A DNA stretch of 33,931 bases, taken from positions 1-33,931 of the forward strand of contig JBGFRZ010000017.1 in the NCBI GenBank assembly GCA_041694835.1. Reading direction: 5' to 3'. The notes under the pieces are model-generated. The model did not search any database and had not been told where the DNA came from. It saw only the letters and a program-made list of their open reading frames with translations. The position numbers and the translations under genes are program-made. Below, one piece after another: positions 9,317 to 18,562 of this stretch (its first letter is position 1; every line of letters starts with the position of its first letter). The DNA comes from Ignavibacteria bacterium. GTDB taxonomy: Bacteria; Elusimicrobiota; Endomicrobiia; PHAN01.

Positions 9317-10099
9317 CTGGTTGGTTGCGGTCCAGACCATCAACTTAAAAGAGCGGAAAAACTTATTGAAAAAGAACAGCATCTTGACGCCGCCGTTTCG
9401 CTTGAAAGATTTTACAATAAATATCCCACTCACAAGCTTGCCCCTCGCGCCATTTTAAAATCCGCTGGAATATACAACTATAAAATGCGACTTCCCTCAA
9501 AGGCGGCATCCCTTTATAAAACCGTTCTTGCGAGTTATGGGGATTTCGCGGATTATGCCGCTGAAGCCATGCGAGGGCTGTTGAAATCACCCGACTATTT
9601 CCCACTTGTTCACGGAGCTTCTTGGCTTGAGGGCGATTCTGCCTCCGGCGGGACGAACATGAGAGCGGAGTGGAAAGTTCTTGAGGTTTCGACGGGGGTA
9701 TTTGAGTTGAGCAAGAAATTCATGGCCGCTGGAAAAATCGTGACAAAAAAAAAGAGCTTTTTTAAGCATGAAAAATTCGCATTGATTGAATCTCCGGCCA
9801 TAAAATCTTCCATCGCATGGATTTTTCTGGAATATCCGTTAAATCCGGGCAAAAAATGGTCGTCGGTGCGGGCGGGTAAAAATGTAATATTTTCGATAGA
9901 TTCCGCGACAAACAGAGTTGAAACGCGTGCCGGCGTTTTTGATGATTGTTTGAAAATATCCGAGAGATACCATGATATGCCCGGGGTCGTAAAGTATAAC
10001 TACTATGCTCCGTATGTCGGATGGGTCCTTACAACGATATCAACGGGCAAGGTCGAACACAGAAACAGCGAGCTGATTTCATATAAGATACCGCTTTAA
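9071..10099 (+). CDS. Putative lipoprotein with TPR-like (BamD-like) N-terminal region; start uncertain
   Basis: Lipobox LLVGC (Cys codon 9326), helical TPR-like segment (YNKYPTHKLAPRA), beta-rich C-terminus; the N-terminal ~85 codons are repeat-derived. Confidence 0.65.
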   Translation: MRGQRSGDRDEGSRELVARGSWLVTRGSWLVARDSWLVARCSFPPATSHKSSVTNKSPDTRHHTPDTSHCLLFTIYYLLFTLLVGCGPDHQLKRAEKLIEKEQHLDAAVSLERFYNKYPTHKLAPRAILKSAGIYNYKMRLPSKAASLYKTVLASYGDFADYAAEAMRGLLKSPDYFPLVHGASWLEGDSASGGTNMRAEWKVLEVSTGVFELSKKFMAAGKIVTKKKSFFKHEKFALIESPAIKSSIAWIFLEYPLNPGKKWSSVRAGKNVIFSIDSATNRVETRAGVFDDCLKISERYHDMPGVVKYNYYAPYVGWVLTTISTGKVEHRNSELISYKIPL

Positions 10100-10106
10100 T
10101 ATAATG

Positions 10107-10281
10107 AGAGTGTTGAAAAACCCATCTTTTTCACTTAAAGAGCAGTTTTTTAACGGTTAGAAGTTTCAATCAGACCGCAAAACTCCTCGCTTTGCTCGTC
10201 GGACATTGCGGTCTAAACGATTTCAACTTTTAACCTAAAACTGCCAAATCGTTCAAAAAATTAAGGTTTTTCAACGGTCTA
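10107..10281. mobile_element. MITE, same TIR family as 2047-2366
   Basis: AGAGTGTTGAAAAACC / GGTTTTTCAACGGTCT (14/16), nested internal stems, flanking ATAATG direct repeat. Confidence 0.7.
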
Positions 10282-10290
10282 ATAATGTAA

Positions 10291-10469
10291 GGCTCTTCTC
10301 CAAATGTTGTTGTAGCATTGGGTAAAGATTTTGCAATACCTAAAAACAAAGTATTTTCGCTCATTCTCGTCCCGATAAATCGGGACTGCGAGGCAATCAA
10401 GCGTTCACACTTGATTAAACCCGCTCAAACACTTTGTTTTTATACGCACAACAAAAATGGAGAAGACCC
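10291..10469. mobile_element. Second MITE adjacent to the first
   Basis: TIR GGCTCTTCTCCA / TGGAGAAGACCC, 8-bp TSD TAATGTAA (10283-10290, 10470-10477), internal GTCCCGAT-AA-ATCGGGAC hairpin. Confidence 0.7.
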
Positions 10470-10686
10470 TAATGTAATTTGCCACAGAGAGAGACCCAAA
10501 ATATTTGTTCACGGGACCGCTCACCAGATGATAGTTGGAAAATAATCTGTGGATTGGTGTTCGCTTAGCGTTCCATCTTGCAAAAGTATCATATTAAATT
10601 TAGTTTTACAAAACGAGACTTCACGAAATCCCGTTTCACAAACATTTCTTGTCCATGTCCATCTGTGTTAATCTGTGGTCTTTACT

Positions 10687-11028
10687 ATGGATATAAGTTT
10701 TCCTGACAGAAGAAAACACCCTAGAGTCGTTCTGATTGCGCCCGTCGAAATTTCGTCCGCGACAAGAAAACACCACGGCATAATAAGAAATATCTCGATA
10801 TCTGGCGTCGGGATAGAGTCTTACGAAAAACTTGATGTAGGCAAAGTGTATCAGTTTTGTTTTTCGCCGGGTGGTTTGTTGAAAATAAAAATCAAAGGCA
10901 TAATAAAGTGGAACAGAGATTCTGAAAACAAAAGCATATACGGCGCAGAGTTTGTGAAATGCGGAGTTTTTAATCGGATAAAGATGGCAATTTTGATAGG
11001 CAAGCTGATAAAAAAAACCATCCTTTAA
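10687..11028 (+). CDS. PilZ-domain protein
   Basis: DRRKHPR (RxxxR), NISISG (NxSxxG), YGAEF. Confidence 0.82.
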   Translation: MDISFPDRRKHPRVVLIAPVEISSATRKHHGIIRNISISGVGIESYEKLDVGKVYQFCFSPGGLLKIKIKGIIKWNRDSENKSIYGAEFVKCGVFNRIKMAILIGKLIKKTIL

Positions 11029-11031
11029 CAT

Positions 11032-12000
11032 ATGAAAATCCTATTAACTGGAGCGAATGGCTTTATTGGAAGTCACATAGCCGAAAAACTTAGCGTTTCT
11101 GGCCTCGTCGTTAGATGTCTTGTCAGAAAGAGCAGCGACCTCAAATGGCTTAAAAGTTTGAAAGTGGAGTTTACCTACGGAGATATAAACGAGCCGTCGT
11201 CTCTGCAAAAAGCCGTCGAAGGTGCCGATGTCGTCGTTCATGCAGCGGGGGTATTGAGGGCCAGGGACAAAAAAAGATATTATGAAGTAAATCAAATCGG
11301 GACAAAAAACGTCGTAAATGCGGTGAATGACTCTCAAGTAAAAAAAATCATATACATATCGTCTCTCGCTGCTCACGGCCCGTCAAAACAGGGTTCCGCG
11401 AGGAGTTTTTCAGACGAATCCGCTCCAGTTTCTGATTACGGCAGAAGCAAACTTGCGGGAGAGCGCGAGATCAAAAATAATTCAAAAAAACCTTGGACAA
11501 TTCTCGTTCCTTCGGCCGTCTATGGTCCAAGAGACAAGGATATGTTTTTCTTTTTCAAATTGGTCAGTATGGGACTTTCCATAAAATCCCGTCAAAAAAG
11601 ACTCATAAATCTTTCTTATGTCGATGATATCGCTTCTGCCGTTGAAAAAAGCATTCATGCGCCAATAAGCGATTTCAAGACATACTATGTGGCTGACAAA
11701 AAAGTTTTTTCGTGGGAAGATATCTGCAATGTGTTGGCTGTTCTTATGAAAAAAAAAACATTCTCTTTCGCGATTCCCGATTTTTTGCTTTATGTTGCGT
11801 CTTTTTTTTCTGAAAAAATAAGCGCCATTTTCGGAAAAGACGCCGTCTTTAACATCCAAAAAGTCGACGAAATGGTTCAGGACGGATGGCTTCTCAAAGA
11901 CGAAAATGTCACGAGAGATTTAAATATTAAGTTCACCGATTTTTTCTCAGGTGCCCAAAAAACATATAATTGGTATAAAGAAAACCGCTGGCTGAAATAG
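11032..12000 (+). CDS. NAD(P)-dependent epimerase/dehydratase SDR; candidate ceramide reductase
   Basis: TGANGFIG, VVHAAG, YGRSK, VYGPRD; directly upstream of Spt and GNAT genes. Confidence 0.8.
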   Translation: MKILLTGANGFIGSHIAEKLSVSGLVVRCLVRKSSDLKWLKSLKVEFTYGDINEPSSLQKAVEGADVVVHAAGVLRARDKKRYYEVNQIGTKNVVNAVNDSQVKKIIYISSLAAHGPSKQGSARSFSDESAPVSDYGRSKLAGEREIKNNSKKPWTILVPSAVYGPRDKDMFFFFKLVSMGLSIKSRQKRLINLSYVDDIASAVEKSIHAPISDFKTYYVADKKVFSWEDICNVLAVLMKKKTFSFAIPDFLLYVASFFSEKISAIFGKDAVFNIQKVDEMVQDGWLLKDENVTRDLNIKFTDFFSGAQKTYNWYKENRWLK

Positions 12001-12112
12001 AATAGCGAATAGCAAATAGCAAATAGTGAATAGCGAGTAGCGAATAGCGAATAGTGGATAGTGGCTGGTGGCTGGAGGAAATGAGCAACGAACCACGAGC
12101 CACTAACCACTG
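11997..12112. repeat. Heptamer-periodic repeat/hairpin (AATAGCG, GTGGCTG)
   Basis: About 9 AATAGCR units starting at the TAG stop, followed by a GTGGCTG..CGAGCCAC hairpin. Confidence 0.88.
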
Positions 12113-12130
12113 CTTTTACAGGAGCAAACT

Positions 12131-13429
12131 ATGGATTTATTTTCAAAATGCGTGAAATTTACCGCCGCCAAAGAAGCCATCGCCGCCGGCGTTTACGCGT
12201 ATTTTATAAGGGTGGATTCAGCGCAAGGCCCGACGGCAATCGTGGAAGGCAATAAAAAAATCATCATCTGTTCAAACAATTATTTAGGACTGGCCAATCA
12301 TCCCAAAGTAAAAGAAGCCGCCGTTGACGCCATAAAAAAATACGGGACTTCTTGCACCGGCTCACGATTTTTAAACGGAACGATTGACCTGCACGAAAAA
12401 GTCGAAAGAAAATTCGCGAGATTCGTCGGAAAAGAGGCCGCCATTCTTTTTACCACGGGACATCACTCTAACCTCGGGGCAATATCAACTCTGGTTGGCA
12501 AAGGCGAATATATAATCACCGACAAACTCGACCACGCTTCAATTATAGACGGATGCCGCCTCTCATACGGAGAAATGTTAAGATTCAGGCACAACGACAT
12601 GGACGACCTCGAGCGGCTTCTGATAAAATACAAGGACTGCGGAAAACTGATTGCCGTCGACGGGATATTCAGCATGGAAGGCGACATAACCGACCTGCCG
12701 GGAATTGTAAAACTCGCAAAAGCGTATAACGCAAGAATTTTAGTCGACGACGCCCATGCCCTTGGCGTATTAGGCGCCGGCGGACGAGGCACGGGCGAAC
12801 ACTTCGGGCTCGAAAGCGATGTGGATGTCATAATGGGCACGGCGTCGAAATCGCTTGCTTCAATAGGCGGCTTTCTTGCGGGCCGCGAAGAAGTGATTCA
12901 TTATATAAAGCATGTCGCCCGCTCGTTTATCTTTACGGCGAGTCTTCCGCCGGCCTCGACGGCATCAATCGACGTGTCGCTTGACATTATAGAAAGAGAA
13001 CCGGAAAGAAGAGAAAAACTCTGGCGGAATGTCTGCAAAATGAAAAAGGAATTTCAGTTGTTAGGTTTTGACACAGGAACTTCCAATACTCCGATAATAC
13101 CTATCATTGTGGGTGAAAATATGACGGCGTTTAAATTCTGGCGGATGCTTTACGACGAAGGCATATTTACAAGCCCCGTCGTCGCGCCTGCCGTGCCCGA
13201 AGGTCATGCCATAATAAGAACGAGTTACACATCCGCTCACGAGGACGAGCATCTTGATTTCGTGCTTGAAAAATTTGAGTTGGTAGGAAAAAATCTCGGG
13301 GTAATCCCCGGCGGACCAAAACGAATAACGAAGAGAACGGATAAAAAATTTGCATGGCTGTCGAAAATAAAAAATTTCAACATAAAAGGCAAAACGCAAA
13401 GTTGGTTTAAAAAACTCTGGCGAGCGTAA
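12131..13429 (+). CDS. spt: Alpha-oxoamine synthase, likely serine palmitoyltransferase
   Basis: SNNYLGL, YGTSCTGSRFLNGT, DHASIIDG, FSMEGD, DDAH, MGTASKSLASIGGF; context with a GNAT ceramide-synthase-like gene. Confidence 0.75.
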   Translation: MDLFSKCVKFTAAKEAIAAGVYAYFIRVDSAQGPTAIVEGNKKIIICSNNYLGLANHPKVKEAAVDAIKKYGTSCTGSRFLNGTIDLHEKVERKFARFVGKEAAILFTTGHHSNLGAISTLVGKGEYIITDKLDHASIIDGCRLSYGEMLRFRHNDMDDLERLLIKYKDCGKLIAVDGIFSMEGDITDLPGIVKLAKAYNARILVDDAHALGVLGAGGRGTGEHFGLESDVDVIMGTASKSLASIGGFLAGREEVIHYIKHVARSFIFTASLPPASTASIDVSLDIIEREPERREKLWRNVCKMKKEFQLLGFDTGTSNTPIIPIIVGENMTAFKFWRMLYDEGIFTSPVVAPAVPEGHAIIRTSYTSAHEDEHLDFVLEKFELVGKNLGVIPGGPKRITKRTDKKFAWLSKIKNFNIKGKTQSWFKKLWRA

Positions 13430-13431
13430 TT

Positions 13432-14547
13432 ATGGAAATTAAAAAAGTAGAAAACAAAAAGGATTTGTCGGCTTTTGTAAAACTCCCGTGGAAGCTCTAC
13501 AAAAACGACAAAAACTGGGTCCCGCCGCTAGTCGGCGAGTTTAAGGCGCTTCTTGACGAGAAAAAAAATCCGTTCTGGGAACATTCCGCCAAAAAACTTT
13601 TTATCGCTTGCGATGAATCTAATAATTGCGTAGGTCGCGTTGCGGCCATAGTAGACAGAAATTTTCTGGAATTTCATGGCGAACAAACGGGATTTTTTGG
13701 TTTTTTTGAATGTATAGATGACTTATCTGTTGCCAAAGAACTGCTTTCTGCAGCAGAGATGTGGCTTAAAGAAAAAGGCATAACAAAAATTATTGGCCCG
13801 ACGGCACCGTCGACAAATGACGAAATGGGATTGCTTGCTCAAGGATACAACTCGCCGCCTTATTTGATGATGCCATATAATCCGCCGTATTATCACGAAC
13901 TGGTGATTGCCGCGGGCTTTACAAAAGCAAAAGATTTGCTCGCCTACATAATGGAAGAAAAAGACGCCCCTAAAGAGCGTCTTGGAAAAATAGTCAAACT
14001 CGTCGAAAAAAAAGAACCGTTTTTGAAAGTCAGAACAATAAATCCCAAAAACTATAATTCAGAAATATCGAAAATTCATCAGATTTATAACAACGCGTGG
14101 GAAAAAAATTGGGGATTTGTGCCATGGACGCAAAAAGAGTTTTTTGCTCAGTGCGCAAAACTCAAATCGCTTATTCTGGCAGATTTCATTCTTATTGCTG
14201 AAATCAAGGACTTGCCTGTCGGAGTTTTGGTTGGTGTTCCAAATTACAACGAGGTGCTTATTAAATTAAACGGGCGACTGGGTCCTGTGGAGATTTTAAA
14301 GTTCTTATATCTAAAAAATAAAATCAAAACGGCGCGAGTAATGATTATGGGTGTTGTCAAGGAACACCGCAACAAAGGAATTGAGGCACTGATGTATTCT
14401 GAGATAATCAAAAATGGCCCGAAACACGGTATGCTGACCGCCGAGTTTTCGTGGGTTCTTGAAGACAACACGCTCATGTGCCGCGCCGCCGAGATGCTCG
14501 GCGGAAAGCAATATAAAAAATACACGGTTTATGAGAAGAATATATAG
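13432..14547 (+). CDS. GNAT-fold (YghO-like) protein, candidate bacterial ceramide synthase
   Basis: LPWKLYKNDKNWVPPL, GFFGFFEC, MMPYNPPYY, NAWEKNWGFVP, SWVLEDN. Confidence 0.75.
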   Translation: MEIKKVENKKDLSAFVKLPWKLYKNDKNWVPPLVGEFKALLDEKKNPFWEHSAKKLFIACDESNNCVGRVAAIVDRNFLEFHGEQTGFFGFFECIDDLSVAKELLSAAEMWLKEKGITKIIGPTAPSTNDEMGLLAQGYNSPPYLMMPYNPPYYHELVIAAGFTKAKDLLAYIMEEKDAPKERLGKIVKLVEKKEPFLKVRTINPKNYNSEISKIHQIYNNAWEKNWGFVPWTQKEFFAQCAKLKSLILADFILIAEIKDLPVGVLVGVPNYNEVLIKLNGRLGPVEILKFLYLKNKIKTARVMIMGVVKEHRNKGIEALMYSEIIKNGPKHGMLTAEFSWVLEDNTLMCRAAEMLGGKQYKKYTVYEKNI

Positions 14548-14712
14548 AGAATAGAGGACAGAGAACAGAAAAAACGGGTAGCGAAGAACGCAAAGCGGAG
14601 AGCGTAAAGCGTGAACGGCTTTAAACTCTTTTCGCTTCCCGCTTTCCGATATACACTTTCCGCTTTATGGCGTTTTATTCTCTCACCCCTCATCTCTGTC
14701 CTCTCACCTCTG
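14545..14712. repeat. Nested heptamer-periodic hairpin
   Basis: Outer AGAGAAY/AGAGGAC versus CTCTCAC/CTCTGTC arms; inner AAAGCGK versus CGCTTTC arms. Confidence 0.8.
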
Positions 14713-14717
14713 ATATT

Positions 14718-15965
14718 ATGCACAAAGGTATAATTGAAAAGTACAGAATTTTTTTGCCTGTCACAGCCAGGACGCCCGTGGTGACGCTTTTAGAAGGAAA
14801 TACCCCTTTGATAAGAGCGAACAATATTGAGCAACTGCTTAAATTCGAAGGCGAGATTTACTTAAAATACGAGGGAATGAATCCAACAGGTTCTTTCAAG
14901 GACCGCGGAATGACACTGGCTATATCAAAAGCCGTTGAAGAAAAATCAAAAGTTGTAATCTGCGCCTCCACCGGCAATACATCCGCATCTGCCGCCGCAT
15001 ACGCCGCCCGGGCGAATATAAGATGTATTGTTTTGATACCTTCTGGTTCAATCGCTCTCGGGAAACTTTCTCAGGCGCTTATTCACGGAGCGGAAGTTTT
15101 TGCGGTAAGAGGCAACTTTGACGAGGCGTTAAAAATAGTAAAAGGACTTTCAGAGAAATATCCGATAACAATGGTAAACTCTTTGAATCCTTACAGAATC
15201 GAAGGACAAAAAACCGCCGCTTTTGAAATTATTGAAACACTCGGGTGCGCTCCTACTCATCAGTTTATGCCCGTCGGAAACGCAGGCAACATCACCGCTT
15301 ACTGGAAGGGCTATAAGGAATCCTGTTTTACGGGATTCAAGTTTGGAGATAATAGTTTAGAGTTTAGAGGACAGAGGAGAGGGGATAGGGGACAGAGAAC
15401 AGAGAACAGAGGACAGAGAAGAGAAAAGAGAAAAGAGAAAAGAGAAAAAACTCATCTCTCATCTCTCATCTCTCACCCCTCAACTCTCAACTCTCAACTC
15501 TCAACTCGTGGCAATTTATTGCCACGAATGTTCGGTTTTCAAGCCGCAGGCGCCGCTCCGATTGTGCTCGGTAGACCCGTCGAGAAACCCAAGACCATCG
15601 CGACTGCAATCAAAATCGGAAACCCCGCTTCATGGAAAAGCGCGATTGCCGCCCGCGACGAATCGAAAGGGGTTATAGACAGCGTTACCGACGACGAGAT
15701 ACTTGATGCATACAAACTTCTTGCGAATTCGGAAGGAGTTTTCTGCGAGCCCGCCTCGGCTGCATCCATTGCAGGGTTGATTAAATATACCCGAAAAGGT
15801 TTTTTTACTGAATCTCTTCATCGCTCCAGCGCTCCATCTCCGATAGTGGTTTGTATTCTCACCGGACACGGCTTAAAAGACCCCGACTGCGTCGTAAAAA
15901 ATGTAAAAAAGCCAAAAGTTGTCGAATGTAAAACCGAAAAAATTGCTAAAATGATAGGATTTTAA
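14718..15965 (+). CDS. thrC: Threonine synthase carrying an in-frame repeat insertion
   Basis: [52 protein letters not shown]. Confidence 0.95.
   Translation: MHKGIIEKYRIFLPVTARTPVVTLLEGNTPLIRANNIEQLLKFEGEIYLKYEGMNPTGSFKDRGMTLAISKAVEEKSKVVICASTGNTSASAAAYAARANIRCIVLIPSGSIALGKLSQALIHGAEVFAVRGNFDEALKIVKGLSEKYPITMVNSLNPYRIEGQKTAAFEIIETLGCAPTHQFMPVGNAGNITAYWKGYKESCFTGFKFGDNSLEFRGQRRGDRGQRTENRGQRREKRKEKREKTHLSSLISHPSTLNSQLSTRGNLLPRMFGFQAAGAAPIVLGRPVEKPKTIATAIKIGNPASWKSAIAARDESKGVIDSVTDDEILDAYKLLANSEGVFCEPASAASIAGLIKYTRKGFFTESLHRSSAPSPIVVCILTGHGLKDPDCVVKNVKKPKVVECKTEKIAKMIGF
15353..15507. repeat. In-frame heptamer-periodic hairpin inside thrC
   Basis: AGAGGAC/AGAGAAC/AGAGAAA arm then CTCATCT/CTCAACT arm; encodes [40 protein letters not shown]. 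Confidence 0.9.
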
Positions 15966-16013
15966 TGTTGATTGCCGTCTTAACGGTGGGTTAGCGTATC
16001 GCAGGAGAGATTT

Positions 16014-17594
16014 ATGATTTTTGGCAAAAAAAGAGAAACTTGGGGTTCAAAACTTGGAGTGATATTAGCGGTTGCCGGTTCTGCCGTCGGACTTGGAAAT
16101 TTTTTAAGATTTCCCGTTCAGGCGGCAAGGAACGGCGGCGGCGCTTTTCTCATTCCTTATTTCATATCGCTTTTTCTTCTCGGAATTCCGTTGATGCTAA
16201 TTGAATGGACAGCAGGACGTTTCGGCGGCGGTTTCGGCCACGGCACCGCACCAGGGGTATTTCATTCCATGTGGCAAAAAAACAGATTTATAAAGTACTT
16301 CGGGGTCATCGGCATATTCGGGCCTATCGTGATTTTCATGTACTACACTTACATAGAGTCTTGGCTTCTTGGATACGCTTTTTTTTCTATTACGGGCAAA
16401 TATGCTCCCGCCGCAGTATCGACGGAAGGTATGAAAGGATTTCTTAGCGGATATCAGGGTCTTGTCAGGAACGAATACTTCGACGGACTTACCTGGGCGT
16501 ATATATTTTTCATCATCACGTTCATATTAAATATATCCGTGATATATTATGGAATAAAAAGTGGAATTGAAAAACTCTGCAAATGGGCGATGCCGGTTCT
16601 TTTTGTTTTCGGGATTGTTATAGCCGTTCGCGTTTTGACGCTGGGCGTTGTAGATGTTGCGAAGCCCGACTGGAACCCGATGAACGGACTCGGTTTCTTG
16701 TGGAATCCGGATTTTTCAAAACTGAAAGACGCTAAGGTATGGCTTGCCGCGGCCGGACAGGTGTTCTTTACATTGAGTGTAGGTATAGGCGTTATACTTA
16801 CTTATGCGAGTTACTTAAAAAAGCAGCAAGACGTCGTTCTTTCGGGACTGACGTCGGCTATGACGAACGAGTTCGTCGAAGTGATACTCGGCGCCAGCAT
16901 AGTGATACCCGCAGCCGTTACTTTCTTCGGTTTGTCCGGAGCGACTGAAATAGCTCAAGGTGGCGCTTTCAACCTTGGTTTTGTGACGATGCCGATGATA
17001 TTCGATAAAATTCCGATGGGAGCGGTTTTTGCTTTTATGTGGTTTGTTCTCCTTTTCCTGGCGGGGATAACTTCCAGTGTTTCTCTGGCGACGCCCGCCG
17101 TTGCTTTTCTTGAGGACGAATTCGACATCTCGAAAAAAGACGCCGTTTTGATATTCGGAATTGTGACATTCGTTTTATGCCAGCCGGCGATATTCCTTTT
17201 GGGAAACGGCGTCGTAGATGAACTGGATTTTTGGGGCGGAACTTTTTGCCTTGTTCTTTTTGCGATGATTGAGGTGATAATTTTCTCGTGGGTATTTGGC
17301 ATTGAAAAAGCATGGACGGAGATGCATCACGGCGCCGATATCGTGGTTCCGGGGTTCTACCGCTTCATAATAAAGTATGTAACGCCGCTGATTCTTCTTG
17401 CGATACTCGTCGTGTGGTTTTGGCAGGAAGGGTTAAATACCATACTTATGAAAAATGTTTCCGCTTCAAACTATCCGGTTATTTTATACACGAGAATAAA
17501 CCTTATCGCTCTTTTTGCGATACTTTGCATAATGGTTATGACCGCATGGCGCAGGAGAGTTCAGAAAAGTATTTCAAAAGGGGATGAAGTTTAA
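16014..17594 (+). CDS. NSS-family sodium-dependent amino-acid transporter (LeuT-like)
   Basis: RETWGSKLG..AVGLGNFLRFP, GGGAFLIPY, WLAAAGQVFFTLSVG, FLAGITSS. Confidence 0.93.
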   Translation: MIFGKKRETWGSKLGVILAVAGSAVGLGNFLRFPVQAARNGGGAFLIPYFISLFLLGIPLMLIEWTAGRFGGGFGHGTAPGVFHSMWQKNRFIKYFGVIGIFGPIVIFMYYTYIESWLLGYAFFSITGKYAPAAVSTEGMKGFLSGYQGLVRNEYFDGLTWAYIFFIITFILNISVIYYGIKSGIEKLCKWAMPVLFVFGIVIAVRVLTLGVVDVAKPDWNPMNGLGFLWNPDFSKLKDAKVWLAAAGQVFFTLSVGIGVILTYASYLKKQQDVVLSGLTSAMTNEFVEVILGASIVIPAAVTFFGLSGATEIAQGGAFNLGFVTMPMIFDKIPMGAVFAFMWFVLLFLAGITSSVSLATPAVAFLEDEFDISKKDAVLIFGIVTFVLCQPAIFLLGNGVVDELDFWGGTFCLVLFAMIEVIIFSWVFGIEKAWTEMHHGADIVVPGFYRFIIKYVTPLILLAILVVWFWQEGLNTILMKNVSASNYPVILYTRINLIALFAILCIMVMTAWRRRVQKSISKGDEV

Positions 17595-17790
17595 TCTCGG
17601 GGGTTTCATGTTTGCCGGACCCGGGATGAGAATCTCGATGGCCATACTTCTGTGGCAGATACCGTCCTCGGCGTCGGAAAAATCGGTGGACTCTCAAGAA
17701 CCCCATTAGAAATCTCAAATAATTTTTTCTTAATGTCGATGCAATTTTGACAGGACAAAACCTGACCAGGCTAACGCTTGCGTAGAGAGG
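17595..17790 (+). promoter_or_regulatory. TPP riboswitch (atypical, expanded)
   Basis: 3' module AACCTGAC-CAGGC-TAAC-GCTTG-CGTAGAGAG (17759-17789) matches P4/P5; 5' TCTCGGGGG and TGAGA (17627); lies directly before thiG. Confidence 0.65.
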
Positions 17791-17794
17791 AAAT

Positions 17795-18562
17795 ATGAAA
17801 GCTTTTAATATAGCGGGAAAGGAGTTTAAATCCCGCCTGATTGTAGGAAGCGGAAAATTCCCGTCAAATAAAATTTTAAAAAAAGCGCTTGAAGCTTCGG
17901 AAACCGAGATAGTTACCGTCTCTCTGAGAAGGGTTGATTTCGAGTCGAAAATCGAAAACATTCTCGACGCCATAGATGTAAAAAACTACAAATTGCTTCC
18001 CAACACTTCTGGTGCAAGAAACGCCGAGGAGGCCGTTCGGCTTGCCCGTCTGGCCAGATCCGCCGGCAAAGAAAATTGGATAAAGCTTGAAGTTACGCCC
18101 GATCCGAATTATCTTCTACCAGATTCCGTCGAGACGCTGAAAGCTACCGAGTTGCTTGTGAAAGAAGGATTTGTCGTCCTGCCGTATATAAATGCCGACC
18201 CTGTTCTGGCGAAAAAACTCGCTGAAGCCGGCGCCGCTACAGTTATGCCGCTCGGCTCACCAATCGGTTCCCACAGGGGACTTGATACAAGGGAGTCTAT
18301 AGGATTAATAATTGAGCAGAGTGATATCCCCGTCATAGTCGATGCCGGCATCGGCGCTCCTTCTCATGCGGCTGAAGCCATGGAGCTTGGCGCCGATGGC
18401 GTGATGATAAACACAGCTATCGCGATTTCGGACGATCCCGTGAAGATGGCCGAAGCGTTCAAACTCGCCGTAATTTCCGGTAGAAAGGCGTACGAGGTCG
18501 GTATAAAACCTCCAAAAAAGCTGGCTTCGGCATCTTCGCCGCTTACAGGTTTTTTAAGATGA
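17795..18562 (+). CDS. thiG: Thiazole synthase
   Basis: [45 protein letters not shown]. Confidence 0.97.
   Translation: MKAFNIAGKEFKSRLIVGSGKFPSNKILKKALEASETEIVTVSLRRVDFESKIENILDAIDVKNYKLLPNTSGARNAEEAVRLARLARSAGKENWIKLEVTPDPNYLLPDSVETLKATELLVKEGFVVLPYINADPVLAKKLAEAGAATVMPLGSPIGSHRGLDTRESIGLIIEQSDIPVIVDAGIGAPSHAAEAMELGADGVMINTAIAISDDPVKMAEAFKLAVISGRKAYEVGIKPPKKLASASSPLTGFLR

Noticed and set aside
8911-9458. Overlapping ORFs with RATSHEP / ARGSWLV repeats
   Set aside because: They are translations of the heptamer array in other frames, with no independent coding evidence.
10318-10545. 75-aa ORF as a transposase remnant
   Set aside because: No DDE or HUH motif; it is a chance frame through the MITE.
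12131-13429. BioF or Kbl assignment
   Set aside because: No bio or tdh genes nearby, and motifs and neighbours fit Spt better; not fully excluded without phylogeny.
15340-15510. Intein or self-splicing intron in thrC
   Set aside because: Too short, low-complexity, no Cys/Ser...His-Asn splice motifs and no group I/II core.
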